A stretch of DNA of 64,000 bases. Origin: Eledone cirrhosa. Lineage: Eukaryota. Shown here in pieces: positions 57,301 through 64,000 of the stretch; the first letter of the stretch is position 1, and every line of letters begins with the position of its first letter. The notes under the pieces were generated by a model. The model had not been told where the DNA came from and searched no databases. It saw nothing but the letters and a program-made list of their open reading frames with translations. The DNA is taken from positions 43,648,001-43,712,000 of the forward strand of contig OZ024747.1 of the NCBI GenBank assembly GCA_964016885.1, written 5' to 3'. The position numbers and the translations under genes were made by a program.

Positions 57301-58517
57301 CCATTTAGGTCACCAGCGATAATTATGTAGTCACTGTCGGTTATTTGGGAGGTAGTGAGCATTAACGACTCATAGAATCTGTCTTTTATAACGCCAGGCA
57401 GTCCGGATTGGGGTGCATATACAGATATTATTGTCACAGTAGTTCTATTTAGGACAAGTCTTATTTTAATTATTCTGTCGTTCACTCTATTTCCGTCTAT
57501 TATCTTATCTGCCCATTTTTCTGCTAGCATGATTCCTACTCCACCCAGCCCATTGTCATTTCCCAACCAGAAAAGCTTATAGCATCGTTTTTTACCCACA
57601 ATCAATCTAGCAGACTCACCCCTCCACCTGGTCTCTTGAATACAGCAAACATCGACCTCCTTATTTTCAAGAATCTCTACAACCTCGTTAGAGCGACCTT
57701 TTAGGGTGCCTACATTCATGGTGCCAACTCTGAAGTTTTGGATTGCGTTTGGTGGGTGGGAACGGTGGGGCGCAGGGAAGGGTAAGGGAGATGGGGTTAT
57801 GTTAGCTATCCGCGGCCGAAATAAAGAGGAGGAGTCCTTGCATTCTCGTCCGGCAGCATGAGGTGAATTTGTCTTTATCTTTGGCATTGTCACTGAGTCC
57901 CCAAATTTTTTTTCAGACTCTCCAGAATTCCGTAGTCCATAGTCCATCCATCATATCGAAAGGCAACCAGGTCTAAACTTAAGAAGTGATAGCATAGGCC
58001 GCTGACTTATGATTGGCCCATGTAATAATGGTGGTGAGAGGGGGCAGGTGGGAGGGATATGGGGTAGTTAGCGAGAAGGTTTAAATAAAATCCTCGAATT
58101 TGGGGCATAATTAAACAAGCATATAACAGTAATAAGAGAAGAATTATGGGATTTTAAAATACAAGAAGATTATTTTGAACAATCAGACAGAATTACCGAA
58201 AAGCAAAGATTGGATTCTGGACGAAATGATACAGATAGATGAATGGACCAGGGAAGATGGAGAGAAGAGAAAAGAAAATAGCCTTTGTACATTACATTTT
58301 GCAGAAGAGTGAGCAAGCGGTCTAGCCAAGAATAAAGGATTGACAAATTCTGAGTTTCGTATCTTGCAACAGATTTATTTTATATTTGGAGAGAGAGGAA
58401 GGGATTGAGAGAGAACCAGCAGGCGCGTATACGATATATAGGGGGGGGGGGGGTGAAGAATAGGAGGGAGCAGGAAGGTTATTTTATAAAATTCTAGAAT
58501 TTCGGCCATAATTAAAC
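54301..58517 (-). mobile_element. Near full-length RTE-clade LINE, frameshifted
   Basis: APE (TMNVGTL, CCIQETRW, SVYAPQ, IAGDLNGHVG), RT (GKAAGP, QFGF, FVDLEKAFD, HQGSVLSP, YADD), Cys/His finger, RLRWYGYV, 3' UTR and (GAT)n tail. Confidence 0.92.
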
Positions 58518-58719
58518 GATATATATATATATATTCAAATAATTTTGAAAACCATACAATGCATTAGAAAAAAAATCAAGAATACTAACATAACAAAGAC
58601 TCTTACCTTAGCAAATTTGATAATCCCAAATATTTTCGGGTTTAAAAACCCATTATCAAGAGAGTATCCCTGAGAGACTTAAAAGGTTGATTGGAGTTGA
58701 CTTGCTTGTTTGGAGGGAT

Positions 58720-59155
58720 ATACTGCCAATAGAAACACATGCACATGTTGTTTTTTATTTTCACTTCAATTTATTGCAAATTTCCAGTTGGTTGGTTTAA
58801 TAACCAGATAGTTGTTTATTTATTGTCAAAGCTCTTTTGTCACATATTCTGTGACCTCCTCAGTGACAAATTTCTTATTTTGTGTTTCATCTTTGTTCTG
58901 TCCTACACCATCTTGTGTTTGTGTGTGGTCAACAACAAGATGGTGTAGGACAGAACAAAGGAAGGACACAAAATAACTAAATAGTCACTGAGGAGGTCAC
59001 ATAATATGTGACAAAAGAGCTTTGGCAATAAATAAACAACTATCCAGTTATTAAACCAACCAACTGGAAAATTTGTAATAAATTGAAGTGAAAACCAAAA
59101 ATCAACAGGTGTGTGTATTTCTATTGGTAGCATGATCCTCCTAAAGTATATTAAT
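58720..59155. mobile_element. Head-to-head hairpin element L (pLTR family G), older
   Basis: Arms ~58722-58914 and ~58934-59135; GTCACTGAGGAGGTCACA motif in both, with core GAAA mutated to AAAA. Confidence 0.75.
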
Positions 59156-60140
59156 ATATATCATCATCATCGTTATCATTTAATGTCTGTTCTTCCTGCC
59201 AGCAAGAGTCATCTCTACTGATCTCTCAGATGGATGGGCATGCTGTTGAGGTGGGCTTATGGCACATCCTGCTTGTAGACATTCCTACATTCTACAGAGC
59301 ACCATGTGCATTTTATTACCTGATTAACTATGCAAGTAATTAGCACATGCGCTTCTCAATTACTTTCAACACCTCATCAACTATCCTTAATGTTTTTCCT
59401 GCCTATTTATTCTTTAAGGTCCATTCTGACTCAATATAGCTGTCAATTTCAATAATTGATCCTTCTGTTGTATAGGATGTCTATTATTTGCTGGTAACTT
59501 TTTCCCATAAATGAAATTTTACACCACAGCCCTGCAAGATACTAAAATATGAACCCAAATTGTAATGTAACCTGACTGTTATTGTTTAACCCCAGTTTAG
59601 TTCTGTTACACCTGAAGAGACATCTCATCTCATTTCTTATTTCTATTTTTTTTTTGGCAAGGTTTCTACAGCCAGATGCCCTTCCTATCATCAAGCACAT
59701 TACAGAGCGTATAGGGTACATTTTTCATGGCTCCAGAAATTGAAAAATGACATGTTGCAAGATTTTAATGATGATATATTATAATATCTTAACATATTTG
59801 ATAATTTAACTATAGCAGAAGTGTTAAAGACTATAGCAGAAGTGTTAAAGTGTTAAAGCAATTTAAAAAAGAAATGGATTATTGAAATCAGATTCTATAA
59901 TGATGTATATCATCTAGAACATTGCCTAGAATGCACAATAGAAGAAGAAAAAGCTTAATTATTTTCTTCATGTAACATTACGATAAACACTATTTCTATG
60001 GCTTTCTTTATGTACAATGCTACAATATTGAATGTTTATTTACCAATGCAATCAAAAAGAAATTGCAATGATTGTCACTAACATAGTCACTCACACACAC
60101 AAACATACTCTCTCTCTTTCTCTCATATATATATTTATAT

Positions 60141-60452
60141 CACATGGCTTAGTGGTTAGAGCATTGGCCTTCAATTCTCAGACCGGGTGATGTGTTGTTT
60201 TCTTGAGCAAGACACTTTATTTCACATTGCTCCAGTTTACTCAGCTGTAGAAATGAGATGATAGGACTGGGGTCCATATCATTCCACTGTAGAGTGGTCG
60301 TGGAGGTGCCACGGCAAAAAAGCACCCAGCACTCACTGTAAATGAGGTTGGTGTTAGGAAGGGCATCCAGCTGTAGAAATCAGGCCAGAATCAGTTCCCG
60401 TCCCACCCTTGCAAGCAGGGAAAAGCGGACGTAAAATGAAATGATGATGATG
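60141..60452 (+). mobile_element. SINE family 1 with small deletion in the head
   Basis: As other copies. Confidence 0.85.
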
Positions 60453-60594
60453 AAATGATATATACACATACAGAAACACACACATACACTCTCATATATA
60501 TACAGAAATATTTATATTATATATACATGTATAAATACACATGCACACTCATAATCATACACACACACACACATTTATATATACATATATATAT

Positions 60595-61531
60595 CAAATG
60601 CAAAGTATGGGTACATAAAAGATGTAGTGGGATCACAGGTAAACTATCTAAGAACGTAGACTTTATATATGGCCAATGCTGTGCAATAAGTAGCAAGTGT
60701 CCACAGGATACTAGCTCCTTCCATTGCCCAAATGGTTCTATAGAAATAGTAGACACTTTCCGTTACGTGGGTGACAAAATCAGCAGTGGTGGAGGGTGTT
60801 CTGAGAGTACAGAAGCCAGAGTCAGAACGGGATGGAAAAAGTTCAGAGGACTTATACTGCTGTTGGCCACAAAAGGTTTCTCTCTAAAAATGAAAGGCAG
60901 GCTGTATGATTCTTGTATACGAACAGCAATGCTACATGGCAGTGAGACATGGGCAATACGTGCAGAGGACCTGCGTAGACTGGAAAGGAACGAAGCATGC
61001 ATGCTCCATTGGATGTGTACTAGTAATATACGTGAACGGCAAAGCATAAATGAATTAAGTGAGAAATTAGGAATAAGAGGGATCAGATGCTGTTTACTTG
61101 AGAGAAGACTACATTGGTATGGTCACGTGATGCGCATGAAAGACGACAGCTGCATAAAAAAGTGCAGGGCGATCAAAATTGATGGTAGTTACGGAGTAGG
61201 TAGACCCAGAAAAACCTGGGATGATCTGATAAATTCCGACCTCACACACTTACATCTCTCTAAGGCAATGTCTCTGGACCAAGACCTTTGGCGCTACGCA
61301 GTAATACAGAAGACCAGCCTTGCCTGTGTACAAAGTGAAACCTACAGTCAGTAGGCACCTCTTAACCAAATATACACCCCATTCTACTACCCCTACCCTA
61401 TCCTCCCACTCCCACCAACAGTACGAGAAAATGAGATCGAGATCGTGTAGGTGACACGAGAAAAAACACACACAGTCCACACTGTAATGTGGCCATGTAG
61501 GTAACACGGTAAAAAGTTCCCAGTTCCACAC
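60595..61531 (+). pseudogene. RTE LINE 3' fragment
   Basis: KCKVWVHKRCSGI..MLHGSETW..RLHWYGHV..GRPRKTW; very similar to 54701-55440. Confidence 0.9.
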
Positions 61532-61532
61532 T

Positions 61533-62214
61533 TGCAATCCAAGAACAGGAAATTAACACGAAATACCTGATTCACAAAAAAGATAGGGATGCAGGCAAAA
61601 CACCTAGATGTGATAACAAGTGCAGACTCTGCAGAACTAACATCGAGGTTATCATCCATGTCATCACAGCTGTCCAAAGATGTCATCGCGGTACTATCTA
61701 CCTATGAGGCATGATGTAGTGGCCAAAACACTGTACAATGCAGTTCGTAAAAAAGATAGCCCCGATAATAAACACATTAAAAGCTACAGCAATGTGGAAG
61801 ATTTCCATGTACATACTATCAAAGAGTACTGGTGGAATATTCCTGTAAAAACCCCAATAAAATGCAGGTATAACAGACCTGATATTATGATATGGGTCAG
61901 GGAGAAGAAAGCATGCACAGTAGTGGAAATTAGCTGTCTAGCAGATGCCAATATAATATCAAAGATTAGTGAAAAGGAGAATATTTATGCAGAACTGATG
62001 AGAAATCTGCAGATACACCACCCTGATTACACCTTCAGATTTATGCCTGTGATTATTGGGGCACTGGGGGTATGTTAGTAACTGCCTCAATACAAATTTT
62101 GATAAGCTAGGCTTCACAGGAACAGAAAGAACACAACTAGTTAGGAAATTACAAGTACAACCCATTAATGGAACAGTAAAAATATGTAAAATATTCCAAA
62201 CATTTTGCATCTAA
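61533..62214 (+). pseudogene. RLE-type (R4/Dong-like) non-LTR retrotransposon C-terminus
   Basis: AIQEQEINT, CRLC..E..H..SCP knuckle, RHD, NRPD..VVE..K..Y, PVIIGALG. Confidence 0.82.
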
Positions 62215-62761
62215 TAACTGCATATACACATGTACAGATACAAAGCATATACACATTCACACATACAACTCAAAACATCCACATCCACACATACAATAAC
62301 ATCCATATCTACACATTCATGCAGCATAGATACATATCTACCTAGTTGATGTTGTATAAATTCCAATGAGAGAGTCTTGTGTCTATGTTAGAAACCGACT
62401 CTCTCTCTATTGGTAAAACTTTGTGAAATTATAAAACCAGAAGAACATACATACATACGTGTATACTTACATACATACATGCATGCACACATAAATACAT
62501 ACATACATGTATACAACATACATACATACGTGTATACTTACATAAATACATTAATGGAAAATATTTATATAAATACTACTAAATGTCATACACTTGTGTA
62601 AACTGCAATCTGAGATAATAAAATAGTAATGTATCCAGTGAGAAACCATACTCCTCATGTAAATAGGTACATAACATTTAATATACACTAGTTTTAACAC
62701 ATTATATGAAAGATGGCGTTTTGTCAGTGACATGGCTTTTCTATATAGTAAATTTATTATA

Positions 62762-62793
<32 letters not shown>

Positions 62794-63014
62794 ACCATTG
62801 TCATGGGCTTGATTGGTGATTTGTATGATAAAAGAACTACAGAGTTAGAGAGCTGAGCACTCCTAAAGATGAATATGAATCCACCTTCCCATCTCCAGAC
62901 GACCCATGCAAACTCTCCTTTTTATTTTCAGACATGGAAAACCAAATCCAACTCCAATTCATCTTTCACTCCTCTCTAAGCTTTCATCTTCTTCTTCCTC
63001 TCACCCTTACAGTG

Positions 63015-63320
63015 AACTCCATAACTTCAGACCTGGTGCCATCAACATAGGCACAATGAAAGGACAATCAGGTGAGATTGTAGAGATGCTTGAACACAGC
63101 ATACATCAACTTTTTTCCGATGGAGGGGAAGGTCACCTAGATTCCTTGTGAACAAAAAACGAGGTTACAGATGACAATGGGCTGGGTAGAGTAGGGATCA
63201 TGTTAGCAGAAAAATGGGTAGATAAGGTAATTACTGTAAATAGAGTGAATAACAGAATCATTAACATTAGACTATTACTAAATAGAACAACTGTATCAAT
63301 TATATCTGCTTATGCCACCC
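63015..63320 (+). pseudogene. Degenerate RTE APE fragment
   Basis: NIGTMKG..EIVEML; GVGIMLAEKWVDK..RVNNRII..IISAYA. Confidence 0.75.
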
Positions 63321-64000
63321 AATATGTCAGAGAGGGTTTTCTGTTCCAAACATTAAGAGAGACAAAGCTAATAAAAATAAACACTATGCTGGCTTTGAAA
63401 GGGCCATACACTTTGAACGACATTTCATCATGAACAGACTGTGGAGAATCACCTCTATATTATTGTGGAGACTTTCCAGAAACTCTATGGCACTATTTGT
63501 ACCAATATAGAAACTATGAGAGAGAGGGGGGGGGGGGAGGACATCTTGAAGCTGTTCATTAAAAACTACCAAGATTAGAGATAAAATTATTACCAAATTA
63601 TCTACCAACTATAAACAAGATTTTTGAGTATATGGAGGCAACAAAAAGATTTAACAAAAGAAACTTTTAGCTGCGTTGCAGCTTCCCTTGTATTCCATTT
63701 TTCTTTATCTTCTCTTTTTTTATGTTTCTTTAGTCTCCTGTTGGTTTTCCCTTTTTTTCTTACCTCTCTGTTTATCTTGTTTTTGTTTCTTAACTGTAAG
63801 GGGTACTAGACATCTCTCCTAGTCTGTCATGGCTTAATAGCTCTATACTGACATTAAAATAATTTCAAAGAAACCCCTGTGAAGAGAGAAGTCTTTTTCA
63901 GGTATTACCTGTCTTAATTTATTGAGATGTTCAATGATGTTTCTTGATTTGTGAAACCACAGTCAGAGAAAAGATTTAAGTGAAGCTTTCTTTCTTGTAT

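Noticed and set aside
63320-63640. Possible LINE C-terminal Cys/His remnant (YCGDFPETLWHYL)
   Set aside because: Too short and degenerate to assign.

Overview
AT-rich, microsatellite-dense animal DNA, most likely an octopus/cephalopod (inferred from repeat content, not verified). No host protein-coding gene, rRNA, true tRNA or CRISPR array can be supported; almost all interpretable sequence is transposon-derived. It holds a near full-length decayed RTE LINE (54301-58517, minus) plus fragments, a two-copy chimeric Tx1/L1-like LINE (13886-21417), an R4/Dong-like RLE fragment, an internally deleted CR1-like LINE, two tRNA-derived SINE families, mariner/pogo/hAT/Helitron non-autonomous elements, and a 4.8-kb 18/21-bp satellite. 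The dominant signal is about 13 head-to-head inverted-repeat (hairpin) elements from many unrelated sequence families, mostly embedded in (TA)n tracts. Most carry a type I hammerhead-ribozyme-like motif pointing outward, and several families link directly to Penelope-like (GIY-YIG) ORF remnants of at least three lineages. In nearly all of them one arm keeps a 35-135 nt 3' tail while the other stops at an internal TA-rich motif fused to the target tract. All folds and alignments were done by eye; boundaries are approximate.
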